In this document: positions 1 through 14,266 of the stretch, one piece after another
Numbering within the stretch: the stretch's first letter is position 1
How the letters are laid out: every line of letters starts with the position of its first letter
The notes under the pieces: generated by a model
The model's database searches: none
What the model was told of the DNA's origin: nothing
Seen by the model: the letters and a program-made list of their open reading frames with translations, nothing else
Position numbers and translations under genes: made by a program
Assembly: GCA_951406725.2 (NCBI GenBank)
Contig: OX597824.1
Coordinates: forward strand, 31,682,001 to 31,746,000
Direction of reading: 5' to 3'
From: Octopus vulgaris
Taxonomy: Eukaryota
DNA: 64,000 nucleotides

Positions 1-515
1 ACAAATGCAGTCAGCCGGGCTTGCCCGAGATGCGTGCAGGGTGACGAAACCGTTCTGCACGCTATCGTCCAGTGCCCGAGTATTTCTGACTTGTGGGTTT
101 ATGTCGAACAGCAGGTGTTCGACATTAACCCACCTTTTCACTTGAAAAGGAAAATTATGTTGGAGATAGAAGTTCTTCCCCCCAGCAATTTTGTTAAAAG
201 GTGGGTGAACGTCGCAAGAATGATCCGAGTGAATGGGCCTACTCTAAGCATACGCCTGTAAACAAAGTGGAAAGGGCACTTACCCTGGTGATCAGGACTG
301 TTGTGGACTCATGTGGCTTTCACAAGTAATCCTAGGAGGGCTCCCTCTTTTGGGGAATTTTATTGTTATATTCGATTGTTTTTTATTTAATTGTTTACAA
401 GACTTTATCACTAGTTCTGTTTACTAAAAGTGGCCCACTTGGCACCGTGCATTGTATTTTTTCTGTGTTGTTCATAATGCTTTTTTATGTATACCTTTAC
501 TTGTTAATAAAGAAA
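1..515 (+). mobile_element. 3' end of L1/Tx1-like LINE
   Basis: CPRCVQGDETVLHAIVQC zinc knuckle, T-rich 3'UTR, AATAAA, then (TCA)n. Confidence 0.6.
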
Positions 516-541
516 TCATCATCATCTTTATCATCATCATC

Positions 542-627
<86 letters not shown>

Positions 628-1194
628 CATCATCATTTCTACTCTTCCTCAATAACAGGAATAAAGAAAACTATGACTCCACTTCAGTTTCTTACGAAAC
701 AGAACTGATTCACTTATCATTTTACACTCAACAATTTCGCTTTATTACATCGCTTGATGCTTACATCAACAATTTAAGCCTATTTCTTCTCTCGACAAAA
801 GTGAAAGAAAATCGAGAGTATACTCTAAATAGTTGTTTAGTGGTAATCTGTAATTGAGGATTGGTTGGTGCTACCTAAATTTCCTTGGAACAATCCCATC
901 TTGTATCGGAAGTAAACACATCACGTTAGATATCACTGCTCCCATTGAACAATGAGAAAATTGTAACTGTTGTCTACGTCAATAAAACACTTGTATATTA
1001 CAAATGCTAAATTTCACAACATTCTTCAACCATAAGCTCATAAAAGTATCGTTCTCTCTTTGCTTCTTCTGTTGCACAACAACAACCTCTTCTAATCGGA
1101 ACTATCTGCACACACTCAGGTCTCACATGAATCATTTCACCCAGTTTTTCTTCCTCAGATTGCTATCACTCAGGGTGAGGACCTGCGTGATTGC

Positions 1195-1575
1195 AATCAG
1201 AAACGTTAGCACGCCGGGCGAAATTCTTAGCGGTATTTCGTTTGCCGCTACGTTCAAATTCCGCCGAGGTCGACTTTGCCTTTCATCCTTTCGAGGTCGA
1301 TTAAATAAGTTATACACTGAGGTCAATATAATCGACTTAATTCGTTTGTCTGTCCTCTCTGTGTTTAGCCCCTTGTGGGTAGTAAAGAAATAGGTATTTC
1401 GTCTGTCGTTACGTTCTGAGTTCAAATTCCGCCGAGGTCGACTTTACCTTTCATCCTTTCTGGGTCGATAAATTAAGTACCAGTTACGCACTGGGGTCGA
1501 TTTAATCGATTTAATCCGTTTGTCTGTCCTTGTTTGTCCCCTCTACGTTTAGCCCCTTGTGGGCAATAAAGAAAC
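1195..1575 (+). mobile_element. tRNA-derived SINE family A (dimeric copy)
   Basis: gttagcacgccgggcgaaat..gagttcaaattcc (B box)..gccccttgtggg; many copies in the window. Confidence 0.8.
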
Positions 1576-1699
1576 AAGGGTGAGGACCTGCCCGCAAAGA
1601 TCATGGTCACTTTCGGTCTTTCTAACTTTTAAATGAATAAAAATAATCTACATATTCATCACTGTTAAATAAGTTTTATTTGTAACCAGATCAGAGACA

Positions 1700-2735
1700 G
1701 GTTGTTGTACCACACCTGCTCACCGTTTAGGAAGCACTGGAGATGTTGTAAGATCAGCACATGTCTGCGCATCAAAGCCACGACATGCCCAGTCCTCCAT
1801 TTAGCAAATGGAGCGCCTGACCAGTGGAACGCGTCCCTTCCACAGAAAGCGGAAAAGTAGGTGCTCCAGTTTGGTCGGACTCGAACCTGGACAAGTCAGG
1901 ACAGTGAGACGGTAGTAGATGATGGATGCGATGTAAGCATTCGCCACCTCCACCCGAACTTTCAGGGAACACTTCCTCACAGCCCATTTCTGAGTGAGAT
2001 TGGCAACTCAGCTCGTCACTTTGTCCCAATTTCTTCTCCATCTGGAGATCTGGACCAGAACCAGACCCCAAGCAATTTAAGTCGCTGGCCCACTGACTTC
2101 TGGTTAATTTTTGCTCCTGTCAACGCCTCGTATTTTTTAGAGCGATGCCGACCAGGTCCATGTGCTTGATGTTCAACATTATGACGATGACGTCGTTCGC
2201 GTATGCCGACACAGTTCCCCCACGTCCTAGTTCGCGCAGAATGCCTCTCAACGCTTCCAATTTCCGCGCTAGTGTCTCTAGAACCAGTACATACAAGAGA
2301 GACGAGAGAGGATACTCTTGACTGATCGAGTGCATAATGCTGAATGATTCTGATAAGTACCCATTTACCCGAACTATCGAGCAGATGACACTGTACATTG
2401 CTGCGATACAGCCACGGAAAACGGGACCGAAACCGGCTGCCGTGAGAACGGACGTCAAGTATTGGTGGTCGACCCTATCAAAGTCTTTAAACTGATCTAA
2501 ACTGATCAACACCCTACCCATGCCACCTTCATTCCCCACCCTGTCTATAATGTGTCGCATGAGATGGAGGTTGTCGTGGATGGATCTGCTTGGGATAGTG
2601 CATATTTGCACATCGCCAACAACATATTTGCACATCGACGACAAGCGCCAAACTCTTCGTTGACACCTTGGCCAACATTTTGAAGTCTGTGTTCAGCAGC
2701 GTTATGGGCCGAAAAAGTACTATTTGATCCCCCTT
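1700..2735 (-). mobile_element. Degenerate L1/Tx1-like reverse transcriptase
   Basis: RPITLLNTDFK, SLDQFKDFDRVDH, QEYPLS, AYAND motifs. Confidence 0.8.
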
Positions 2736-2999
2736 GAGAACGCTAGTACTAAATTAAAATGACTGGAGCAGGCACAAGAAAGCAAAGATGGGCCACCGAT
2801 CGCAAACAACAAGATGTGGTACAAAATATGATACAAAATGTGATAAGTTGAGAAAAATAATTACAAGCAATATAAAAGGAGCATGCACAAAATATTTTTT
2901 TTACAAAGTTCAATGGCAAGGCATTGGAATTGTTCAGCACACGAGAAAACAATTGTCTGTCACAGGAAGAAAAAAGAAAAGGGTTAAATATAAATAGTT

Positions 3000-3945
3000 C
3001 TGGTGAGTTTTTTGGCCAGTGCACAGTGCGACCTGTCCTGGTGACATAGGGTTTGTTCGTGTTAGGTTATGGCGACGAAGGTGGAGGTGGAGGTGATGGT
3101 GTGGTCAAAAGTGCACGTGCAGGTGGATGTGTAGGTGGTTGTAAAGGATCAAAGGTGGGCATGGCTGGGGTGTCACCAAAGGGTGTGGAAACCTCAGAAT
3201 GTGCCCTTCTAAGTCTGTCGACTGACACGGTCTCTGCTCGACCATTGATGTCGAGACTAAAAGCTTTGAGTGTGCGCGATAGCACACGAAATGGTCCTTT
3301 ATAAGGAGAAACGAGAGGTCCTCTAACAGAACCATCCCGAACAAAAACATCAGTCCATTTGTCAATGCCCGGTGAGACGTGAGAGGGAATAGACTGGCCA
3401 CGCAGATGCATGGGTGGAAGACTTGAGAAATATGAGCGAAGTCTGGTGACATACGACATTGTATCAGGATGCAATGAATTGTCTGGCGCCAACATTGTAT
3501 CAGGGAGTGCCAGGAGGTACCGTAAAGGCGTTCAGCAGAGGAGAAACCTAAGACTGTTTTAACAGCAGTGCGACAACCAAGAAGAACGATAGGCAGGAAT
3601 TCTGTCCAAGACTGCGAATCAGGAGTGGCGCGTAGAGCGGCCTTCGGTTGCCTGTGAAAACGTTCGACCATCCGTTGGAAGCTGGATGATAGCTGGTCGT
3701 ACGAATGTGACGAACGCCTAGGATTCGTGACAATTCACGAACTAAAGAAGCTCCGAACCGGCGTCCACGATTAGTGGTTATTTAAGCTGGGATACTAAAG
3801 CGAGCAATCCAGTTAGAAACGAAAATTCGAGCAACTGACTCAGCCGAAATGGCCACTATTGGATTGGCTTCAGGCCAACGAGAGAAACGATCGACGCATG
3901 TCAATATGTAAGAGAAACCGCGACTGACAGGCCATGGTCCAACAC
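3000..3945 (-). mobile_element. Gypsy/Ty3 integrase remnant
   Basis: LTCVDRFSRWPEA, TTSYHPASNG/MVERFHRQ, PYKGPFRV, VSVDRL motifs across frameshifts. Confidence 0.88.
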
Positions 3946-4149
3946 TGCACTGTTCGTGAACTACTTCACCATGGATGAACAGCGAATGTACAACCTGCGA
4001 GAACTCCTGTACCAAGTGACTCAGGCAGCAGCATCACAGCCACAACTTCACGTACATGTACTGCAACCGGCTCTGCATCATTGCCGCAACTTCTTGATAC
4101 AGTATTTCAACTATCGTGTACAATTGACTACGAACTGTTATTTATCATT

Positions 4150-4521
4150 CTTGTATTTATGAACTTACTACTGACTTCGATGGCTACAGACTCTTTCAAT
4201 ATCTCTTCTTCATCGCCATCCTTATATATTCTGAACACGCATACGTCTATGCTTACATACACACGCATACATTTTATTCTTATGACGGCCTGTCTATTAT
4301 TCTGTATATATGACGCACACAATCACACATGTTACCATATCAATAAATATTCTCTTAAACATTCTACCCGGTTGTGTCTCTTATTTCCCTCTGGCACATA
4401 TATGCATTGTTCTATTTATGTTTATTGTATCGACTGTGTGATGTACCAAGGAGCCATTCCCGTCTCCTCGCTTCGCACGGAAGTCACGAATCGGCGACCC
4501 ATTCCAGCTCCTTGAAGCTAC
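4150..4521 (+). mobile_element. Possible LTR remnant
   Basis: TATA-like motif near 4223, AATAAA near 4342, ends in ...GCTACA; adjacent to the Gypsy remnant. Confidence 0.3.
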
Positions 4522-4569
4522 AGAAATAATTATAATGGGAGAAGGAGATACTCCACATGTATCATAAAC

Positions 4570-5594
4570 CTTCAATTCCTGTCACGCTTACAAGAGCAAC
4601 TTGAGAAATGGGACTGGTAAGTATGGAAGACTCGAGAGCTTAATGTGATACTTAGCCCAAAGTAAGGAAACCTTGCTAGTGACAGTTAGGAACGAGGGTG
4701 TATTGAGAGCAGAGAAAAAAGGGAAAACAAAGGAAGAAGTACAAAAAGGAGATGAAGAAGAATTACGCACGAAGGGACTATACAGTTAATTCCATGTAGC
4801 CATAACAGAAGTTGCTGGAAAAATATGTGGGATTGGCTGATGAAAGGAACCCTGAATAAAGAGACCAAGAGCACTATACTGGTAACGCAGAACCAAGCCT
4901 TGGCCACGAACTGGAGGGTCAACCTTAGTAATGAGCAAGTATCTCCGCTGTGCCGCATCTGCAATAGAGTGGATGAAACCATTGTCCATTTCACGAACGA
5001 ATGCCCTAGACTTGCCCAGATCCACTACAAGTTGTGGCGGCACGACCAGGTAGCGAAAGTGCTACATTGGAAACTGTGCGAAAAGTGGGGGCTAGAGAGA
5101 GGCAAGACGTGGAATGAGTACGGACCGCAGAGAGTGAAAGAGTAGGAGACTAGCAAAATCCTCTGAGATTTTCCAATCCCAACAGATCATGTACTAAAGC
5201 ATAACAGACCGGATCTAGTGGTGGTGGACAAGGTGCACCACATATGCTATATAGTTGACGTTGCATGCCCCTTTGACCCACGAATAGTCAAGAAGGAAGA
5301 TGAAAAGATAGATGGATACAACCCTCTTAAGGACGAAATAGCCCGTCCATGGAAATGAAGAAGATGAAGATAGTACCAATTATTTTTTTTAGTGTCCTTG
5401 GGAACAGTATCAGAAGGCATCAGAGGAATATAAAGGAAATTGGAATAGAGTGCCCAGTGGAACTGTTACCAAAGGTTTGCCTCCTTGACACGGCCAGAAT
5501 AACCAGAGAAGTATTAAATAGCTGAAAAGAACGAATAGCATGGTACTGTAGGCTGCAGGTAGTAAGCTCCAACCAAACCTGTGATTTAGAGAAA
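4570..5594 (+). mobile_element. 5'-truncated degenerate R4/Dong-like LINE
   Basis: WLMKGTLNKETKS, CRICNRVDETIVHFTNEC, RHD and RPD motifs; followed by (TAA)n. Confidence 0.85.
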
Positions 5595-5615
5595 ATAATA
5601 ATGATAATAATAATG

Positions 5616-5696
<81 letters not shown>

Positions 5697-5882
5697 TCGT
5701 TTATTGGCCACAAGGCCTGACAAAAATTAATTAAAACATAAAGGGTCAAAACACAGGACGAAAGTTACAAAGAGTTTTGTCCGTTTGCAAAAAAAAACGT
5801 GTAAAAATTCCTGAGATAACAACGAAAATATAACAATTGAAATTCCCAACAGGAAGAGGCGCTTCGAAAGGTTATAATAATA

Positions 5883-5998
5883 ATGGCTCTCATGGCTTCT
5901 AATGGCTCTCATGGCTTCTGATGTCTCTCATGGCTTCTGATGGCTCTCATGGCTTCTGATGTCTCTCATGGCTTCTGATGGCTCTCATGGCTTCTGAT
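5883..5998. repeat. About 20-bp tandem repeat (tgatggctctcatggcttc), about 6 copies
   Basis: Directly visible. Confidence 0.85.
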
Positions 5999-6509
5999 CT
6001 TAACTGATTGGAAGTGTTATCATGTACATTGCTTTGTCTTGATATAAAAAATGGGCTACAGCAAATATTCTGTTCAATACCACAGATTTGCTTGTCAGTT
6101 GTTTGACCTTAACCAGTTGAGTATGTCCCTTAGTGGCTCACGATATGTGCATCTCTGATCATGAGCAGAAGCAGTAGGGGAGCATCATAACCGTGTGTTG
6201 AAAGGAATTCTTCGAGGTTTGGATAATTCACCTCTGGAAACATGGGTGTTTCGTTCAACATCCTTAAACAAACTTTATGCAGGAACCTTTTGAGCGGGAT
6301 GAGCTACTCGACCAGAAGAAAATTCTAACTGGGCAACACCTGCAAGGTCATGCGCTGTTTATCTTGATATGAGATCACCATGTCGCGCACATATGGCTGT
6401 GATGCATGTGCCTGGTGTACCCTTATCAGACTGGTAATTATGATGGGTATACTGGGCTTCGTATATTTTATCCCTGTATCACTTGGTGGCATGCACTGCT
6501 CTCTCACTC

Positions 6510-6566
<57 letters not shown>

Positions 6567-6619
6567 CTATATTATAATAAGAAATTCATCCATCCGACCA
6601 TTCGACCGACCGTCCGAAA

Positions 6620-7470
6620 TGCACAATTTGGTGCCAACTTGAGGAATGTTTCAGTGTTGAAATATGCAGATGACATCAAGCTATACCTCGAAATAAAAAG
6701 AATAGATCCTATGCGCCATAGATCTTTCTTGCAATCCAACCTGGACACAATGCAGCAATGGATCTCTGACTGACAACTCAAGCTAGCTGTGTAAAAGTGC
6801 GTCACCATGCTCTATGGGAGGAAAAACCCAGCCTTTACATACAACCTTAGCAATACCAATTTCAAGAAGTCTTCTAGTGAACGTGATCTGGCTATTATTG
6901 TAAACAGCTTTCTGCGTTGGACGAACCACACCTCTGAGATTGTCAAGAAGGTTGGAGGGGGGTGTCCTGGCATCACTCAGTAATCTCCAGCTATCTATTT
7001 AAAATTGTATATGACAATGGTATGTCCACACTTAGAATTTGCATCACCAATCTGGAATTTGCATCACCAGTCTTGCTCAGCATATAAATCTCCTGGAAAC
7101 TGTTCAGACACGTGCAACGAAACGAATACCCACCGTCAAGTATCTACCATACTCTGAACGTCTTGCTTCCCTGGGCATGGATACATTGAAGCTCAGACGT
7201 TTGGCAACTGATTTGGTAGACACTCACAAGGTTATCCACCATTTTTCCAACAACAACCTTGGACACCATTTTGAATTTCATATGTCAAACACTCGTGTAC
7301 ATGCTCACAAAATCAAAAATCAACACAGCACCCATGACTTTCGGAAACATTTTTTTTTTCACACTCAGAATTATTGAAGCATGGTATAAACTACCCGCAT
7401 CAGTCGTTAGCTGTCATGATTCTTCATCCTTCAAAACTTTCATACTTCCTAAAATCCGCCAACACCTGAT
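6620..7470 (+). mobile_element. CR1/L2-like LINE 3' portion
   Basis: YADDIKL and LETVQTRATK..LPYSERL..LKLRRL motifs. Confidence 0.8.
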
Positions 7471-8698
7471 GACATTAAATTTTTTTTTTTAGTTGTGCAA
7501 CTGAGTACTGTATACAACAATTCCTTTCATATTTCGTTTCAAGGGGATTGGGTAAAATACCCTTATAGATGTATTATAAGAGGTTACCAATTGTCATGTA
7601 GGTCATCGAAAGGATGATATGGAGGTGCTGGTGGTTGACTTTGGTTCTGGTTGCCTGTAAACAATGCACAACATTCGTGAACAATTAGCAGAAACTTTAT
7701 TCACCTCGCAAAAACATTTTCCATGTTGGTTTTGAATTAACAATATAAACAGACAATTCTGTAGTTATGACAAAATTGTTGGTCAGCAAGGCTCTCTGAA
7801 TACGCTGTCAAGACGGGGGAAATATCATGTTAAATTCACGATAGCCAAACTGTTGCTGCTGTTTGGTCGATTGAATAAGTTCAATGTCGAAAAAGCGAAT
7901 GTGGTTTTTATGGTGGTGATTTCCCACATTCTCAGATTTAGCGCCTAAACTTGTCCGGCAGATCACGTAAAAACGTTATGGCTAAGCTGTGACTTATAAT
8001 TGGCTGTTTGGAGATTCGGTTTCAATTCTCTAATAAAAACAGAAAAAGTGGCTGGCAAGTCATTCGAGATTTCCTTCATTTCTAAAATATCAACTCACTA
8101 AGCGCTTCAATGTTTGTTTATAAAAAATATATTCTAGTTAATCCATCTTCGGCGATCGTTAGCTTGAGGCATTCTTTCATTTTCAGTTCCTCATTTCCTA
8201 TTTATGTCTCTAAAGCGAAAGATCACTATGTATTTTTACTTGTTGAATATGTGGGGAAGACATTTATCATAACCTTTGTAGGTCCTCCAAGAGCAATGAA
8301 TTTAATGCTATAAATGCTCCGTTTAAATAGCGGCAGGTCAACTCTTGCAGGAAAGATATGAACATGAAGATTTCGTGGGGATGACGTACTAGGAAGGAAA
8401 GGTTAGGTATAACGTTTAGTGTGGGGCTGGGGAAACTGGACATGCCAAAATTAAGGGAAAAGGCAGCTGGAACCGGGATACCTAAGCGCTTCAGGTACGA
8501 GACCATCCAACTCACAGAAACAGAGGCTGTTATGGTAATGATAAGAGGCGGTGAGCAGGTAGAATTGTTAGAACATTGAGCATAATGCTTAGCAGTATTT
8601 CGTCCAGAGGAACAGAAGGGGATACGAGGCGTTACATTACCTAATAACCATAAGGTGTTGCACAGAAAGTCGACATTATAGAAATGTATATATATCAC

Positions 8699-8828
<130 letters not shown>

Positions 8829-9198
8829 GGATGGATGGATGGATGGATAGCGCACCCTCTGTGACGTCAATGTTTCAAATGGAATGATTCAATATATGTT
8901 GTTTGCTATTGAAGTATGTTAACAAACGTATTAAAAATATAGATAAAAAAATAAGGATTGTCAAACATTTCCTTATAGACAACTTAAGATTTTAATTTGA
9001 CGCAGCAATTTGATTTGTTGATTTCTATCCACGTAATTGAGATAATACTGGAGTCACACTAAAATTTTCTCAAATAGTGCGAAGCTTGCGATCATTGAGG
9101 AGCTACCTCTTTTACACACTAATTATATACAGGTAATAAGATTTATTAATTATTAGTAACACACAAATATAATGTAAATGCGATGATAATTTATGTGC

Positions 9199-9244
<46 letters not shown>

Positions 9245-9658
9245 AATATGAATATGAAGAATATGAAGACTGGTACATCCTCAAAATTTTTTTCCTTTTA
9301 TTTTACAAGTCATACAACATATTTTTATGGTTACGGCGGTCTAAATGTGTTTCCATTGTACATTGTATGGGTCGTTGCATATGCAACCGAGCATGACTTT
9401 CTGCACAGCTTCGTTCAGAGTCTTTTAATCAGCTTGGCTCGAAGCGGTGGTCTAAAAAGCTTTATCTTCATGCACAAGCATCCCGTCCTTCTTCTTGAGT
9501 TCCTTCACAGGTGTGTACAGTTTCCGAAGATGTTGGTTCTTCCTCAAGGAGAATTTGTGGAATTTGATGTATTTAACTATGCTTCACAGGTCATTTTCGA
9601 ATCCAACCAGTTGCGGACTTGGTGATACTCATGCGATGTATAAAGGAATTGGTTTTAT

Positions 9659-10056
9659 GGCAATCTTTCGTCTGTAGTAGACCTTTTTTTTTTACATATG
9701 GGCTTGCGGGAACTTTTGAAGTAATGAGAGCGAAAGAGACTAAGAGAAAGCGATTGTATGACGAGGGAAGTTCTTTTGAAGTTACTGTGCATGTGAAGCA
9801 TTGATGTACATGTGTGTGCGTGTGTGTGTTTGATGAGGTGTGGGAGACAGACAGTATGTTGTGTAAGTGAAGTGCTTCTGTTAGTGTGTGTGAAGAGACA
9901 GAGTAATGTGTGAAAGAAAGAGATAACTGAAATTTTTTACTCGGTGTATGTGTATATGTATGTATATTACTTCAAAAGTTCCCGCAAGCCCATATGTAAA
10001 AAAAAAAATTTTTTACGGAAATCGACGGAAAGGTCTACTAGAGACGAAAGATCGCC
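9659..10056. mobile_element. MITE with GG termini and 8-bp TSD (Merlin-like)
   Basis: TIRs ggcaatctttcgtctgtagtagacc / ggtctactagagacgaaagatcgcc; TSD GGTTTTAT at 9651-9658 and 10057-10064. Confidence 0.8.
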
Positions 10057-10382
10057 GGTTTTATCGATGAGATCTTTCATTATATTCCTTTTTAGAGGGC
10101 AACAGGATATCTTTTAGAAATGTATTGATGTTCATCTTCTCCATATTTTGGTATGCCGCCTTAGCCGCTCGTTGAATTATCATTGATGTGAGTTTAGAGA
10201 AATATATTATCTGGGAGGGTATCGTGATATTTCTCAGTTATGTTCCAGGTTATGGTTAACCGCATCGGTTGGTATTTAACGTCTATGACAGCTAGGAGTT
10301 GTCGCTTAAGCTGTAAATTCCTCTGATGAATAATTCCGTGTTCGCTTCACTAGATGGTAAAATTATCTGGAGTGTATACTCT

Positions 10383-10801
10383 CTCTCTTTTACTCTTTTA
10401 CTTGTTTCAGTCATTTGACTGCGGCCATGCTGGAGCACCGCCTTTAGTCGAGCAACTCGACCCCGGGACTTATTCTTTTTTTGTAAGCCCAGTACTTATT
10501 CTATCGGTCTCTTTTTGCCGAACCGCTAAGTGACGGGGACCTAAACACACCAGCATCGGTTGTCAAGCAATGCTCGGGGGACAAACACAGACACACAAAC
10601 AAACACACATACATATATATATATATATAGATATATACGACAGGCTTCTTTCAGTTTCCGTCTACCAAATCCACTCGCAAGGCTTTGGTCGGCCCGAGGC
10701 TATAGCAGAAGACACTTGCCCAAGGTACCACGCAGTGGGACTGAACCCGGAACCATGTGGTTGGTTAGCAAGCTACTTACCACACAGCCACTCCTGCGCC
10801 T
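10383..10801 (-). mobile_element. tRNA-derived SINE family B
   Basis: Minus-strand head ggcgcaggagtggctgtgtggtaag..ggttcagtccc, core accttgggcaagtgtctt, tail ccagcatggccgcagtcaaatgactgaaac. Confidence 0.85.
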
Positions 10802-11288
10802 AATAATTATAACGATAGAGAATATAAAGACAGGTACATCCTCAAAATTGATTTCCTCTTAATTTTTACAATTCATACAACATATTTTTATAGTTACGAC
10901 AACCTAGACGTCTTTCTACTGCACATATGCAATCGAGCCAAGCGGGTGAAAGATCCTGAACGAAATTGCACAGGAAATTATGCCCGGTTGCATATGATGC
11001 AGCTGCTCATTCTATGTGCAGTGGAAACACATCTGAATCGTCGTAACCATAAAAATACGTTGTATGAACTGTAAATCAAAAGGAAACAACTTTTGAGGAT
11101 GTACCAGCCTTTATACTCCCGCTCTATCGTTATAATTATTGCAAATATAAGACTTATGAGCGACAAAGCATCCCTGAAGTGATCTAGCATTCATAGACGT
11201 TAAATACCAATCGATGCGGTTAGCCGTAACCGGGAACATAACTGAGAACTACCACGGTATCCTCTCAGATAATCTCCCTCTAAACTCA

Positions 11289-11359
<71 letters not shown>

Positions 11360-11379
11360 TGCATACATACATACATATG

Positions 11380-11444
<65 letters not shown>

Positions 11445-11459
11445 TGCATACATACATAC

Positions 11460-11498
<39 letters not shown>

Positions 11499-11672
11499 TG
11501 GATTTTTCCTTGTGTAGCATGTCCAGTACTTGTTTTCTTGTAAATTTTTGTTTTTCCCATTTCTACGTCTTGTTGTGGTGTCCTGTACTTACGTATATTT
11601 ATTTATATATGCACGTATATATACATGTAGATGCAGGTACGTACATATGTTTGTATGTATGCATATATATAT

Positions 11673-11721
<49 letters not shown>

Positions 11722-11723
<2 letters not shown>

Positions 11724-11880
11724 AGGCGCAATGGCCCAGTGGTTAGGGCAGCGGACTCGTGGTCGTAGGTTCGCGGTTTCGATTCCCAGACCGGGCGTTG
11801 TGTGTGTTTATTGCGCTCGGGCAGGGGGTGGTGATCCCTGCTGTACTCTTTCACCACTCTTTCTCTCTTTCTTCTGTTTG
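11722..11880 (+). mobile_element. SINE family C with tRNA(Arg)-like head
   Basis: ggcgcaatggcccagtggttagggcagcggactcg..gtttcgattccc (A and B boxes). Confidence 0.75.
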
Positions 11881-11887
11881 AATTCTT

Positions 11888-12940
11888 CTTTGAATTACAC
11901 GCGCTTTCAGTGGGGTTCACTAATGTTCACTAATTTGTTCACTAATGACCACCACCGAAAGCGCGCGTAATTCAAAGTTTTTCACTTTGATATCATCACG
12001 TGAGAAAAAATTTCTAGCATAAGGGAGTAAGCTAAAAAAAATCTGTTGGATGGAGTTATATATGGTTATGTAGAAAAATGGTTTCAATTAGAAAAGGAAC
12101 ATTTCTAGAAAATAGTAAATTGAAGTGTGAACAAATTATTGATATATTATATTAATTGGACAAAAGAAGCAACTTACAGAGCATAGGTATCACATTTATT
12201 TTTAAACTTAACTTCATTTGTTTTATTTTTGTATATTTTTATATTCTAAATAATTTGCAATTTCAAAAAATATATTAATTTTGCGTTTTTTAATTTGATA
12301 AATTCTACGGAATTATATATGTTCGCGTTTCTGTAAAAAAAAATTATTATTTAAGTTTTTAAAATTATTTACTTTGTTCAAAAAATATTATTAGTATTAA
12401 TTAATTTTCAAGAATTATTTAATTTATATAATTAATTCATTAATTTTATTCTGTAAAATAGTAATTAATTCATTTATCTGTAAATCGCTATGTTGTCATT
12501 CAGGCAGCTAGAAATAGCAGCAAGATTTCCCTCCAATAACACTTTATTGTCTTAAAAAGCAGAAAGGTATCTAAAAAATTCGGTTTTTGTTTTGTTTTTG
12601 AGGTCAGGTTACTTGATTCTACGCAAAAAATCTGATTTTTTTTTCCATGTGAAAATTCCGGGGGGGGTGTCCCCCCCCCCTTTCCGGACCAAAATATGGG
12701 ATTTGCAGCATATTAGGAGGTCAGGGTACTTGATTCCACGCAAGAAATCTGAGGTTTTTTTTTTTCCCTTGTGAAAATTCCGAGGGGGGGGGTAACCCCC
12801 CCTTTCCGGAGCAATTCCGGACCAAAATATGGGATTTGCAGCATATTAGGAGGTCAGGGTACTTGATTCCACGCAAAAAATCCGAGTTTTTTTTTTTTTT
12901 CTTAGTGAAAATCGTGCGGGTGTTAATCTGTAATTTTACC
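11888..12940 (+). mobile_element. Merlin/ISXO2-type transposon remnant
   Basis: About 12060-12170 encodes WLCRK..SIRKGTFLENSKLKCEQIIDII; three subterminal repeats of about 120-130 bp (12601, 12718, 12851); ends in TAATTTTACC. Confidence 0.6.
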
Positions 12941-13322
12941 GAAAAAAAATATGCGTGCAGAGGCTAGCGAATCAACATGGCGATCTGATTTCGGCCAGAA
13001 GTCAGAGATCAAACGTGAGACGCAAGAGCGAAATTAGGGGAGATAATATGGTTAAATGACCTCGCTCCAACATAAGAGTGTGTGTGTGTGTATGAGAAGA
13101 GTGTGTGTGTATGAGAGATGTATATATGATGTGATGTGTAAAGTCGTATGTATATATGTATGTATGTATGTGCAAGAGAGCTGAACAGTAAGGTCTTCAG
13201 TGAAGAAACCCTACTAAGGGGGCCGAGACACATCCAGGTCATGACACTAGGGTGCCCTTCTGCTGACATTGTTTAGCAACCTGGATATCGGAGAGTTTCT
13301 TACCACTAGATGTACATATCTG

Positions 13323-13399
<77 letters not shown>

Positions 13400-13403
13400 G
13401 TGA

Positions 13404-13632
13404 AGGCAGCGAGCTGGCAGAATCGTTAGCGCGCCGGGCGAAATGCGTAGCCGTATTTCGTCTGCCGTTACATTCTGAGTTCAAATTCCGCCGAGGTTGA
13501 CTTTGCCTTTCATCCTTTCAGGGTCGATAAATTAAGTACCAGTTACGCACTGGGGTCGATGTAATCGACTTAATCCGTTTGTCTATCCTTGTTTGTCCCC
13601 TCTGTGTTTAGCCCCTTGTGGGTAGTAAAGAA
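13404..13632 (+). mobile_element. SINE family A
   Basis: Full head GGCAGCGAGCTGGCAGAA through the tail; sits inside (CTAT)n. Confidence 0.85.
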
Positions 13633-13635
13633 ATA

Positions 13636-13734
<99 letters not shown>

Positions 13735-13753
13735 GTATAAATATATATATATA

Positions 13754-14266
13754 CTAGCAGTATCGCCCGGCGTTGCTCGGGTTTGTAAGGGAAATAACTA
13801 TATAAGCATTTTTAGAGAGTTACTTCCCTTATAGATGCCAATTCGGGCTTTCTTAGCCATTTCTGTTTTGGTGTCTTCAAGCCATGAAGTCGTTGTTCTA
13901 AAAGAACGCTGGTCTCCTTGACAACGCTTTACGACGTTGATTTCCTTACACTCCCTTCCCCACAGCTTCACGAGGGAGGGAAGAAGGGGGAGAAGCAAAC
14001 AGGTGCAGGTGTGACCATGGACGCCAACTCCGCCGCCATCGACACACGAAAAATTATGCATTAAAATGGAATAAAAAATTATGTTAAATTATTTTAAAAA
14101 TCGTAGACTCATCGTAGACGCGCGCTAATACTCAGACGGGCTCGATATGAATCACGACTATAAGATACCCGAATTTGGTTAAACTGCACCGCAAAATGTG
14201 GGAGTAGTTAGGAATCTAAATCGAAGGGGACAGACACTCACACAACTACAGTTTTATATATAGAGA
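13754..14266 (-). mobile_element. Non-autonomous Helitron
   Basis: Minus strand 5'-TC start, GC hairpin cccgagcaacgccggg, CTAG-3' end, A|T target. Confidence 0.75.

Noticed and set aside
363-857. Poly-Ser, poly-Ile, YI/HT-repeat, poly-Lys and similar ORFs throughout the ORF track
   Set aside because: Translations of microsatellites, with no splice or domain support
5883-5998. CRISPR-like short repeats
   Set aside because: No unique spacers, no cas genes, eukaryotic context
9040-9140. Possible first exon ending AG|GTAATA
   Set aside because: Only a donor-like motif; not supportable without transcripts
11722-11800. tRNA-like sequence
   Set aside because: SINE head with copies near 50 kb; no proper cloverleaf
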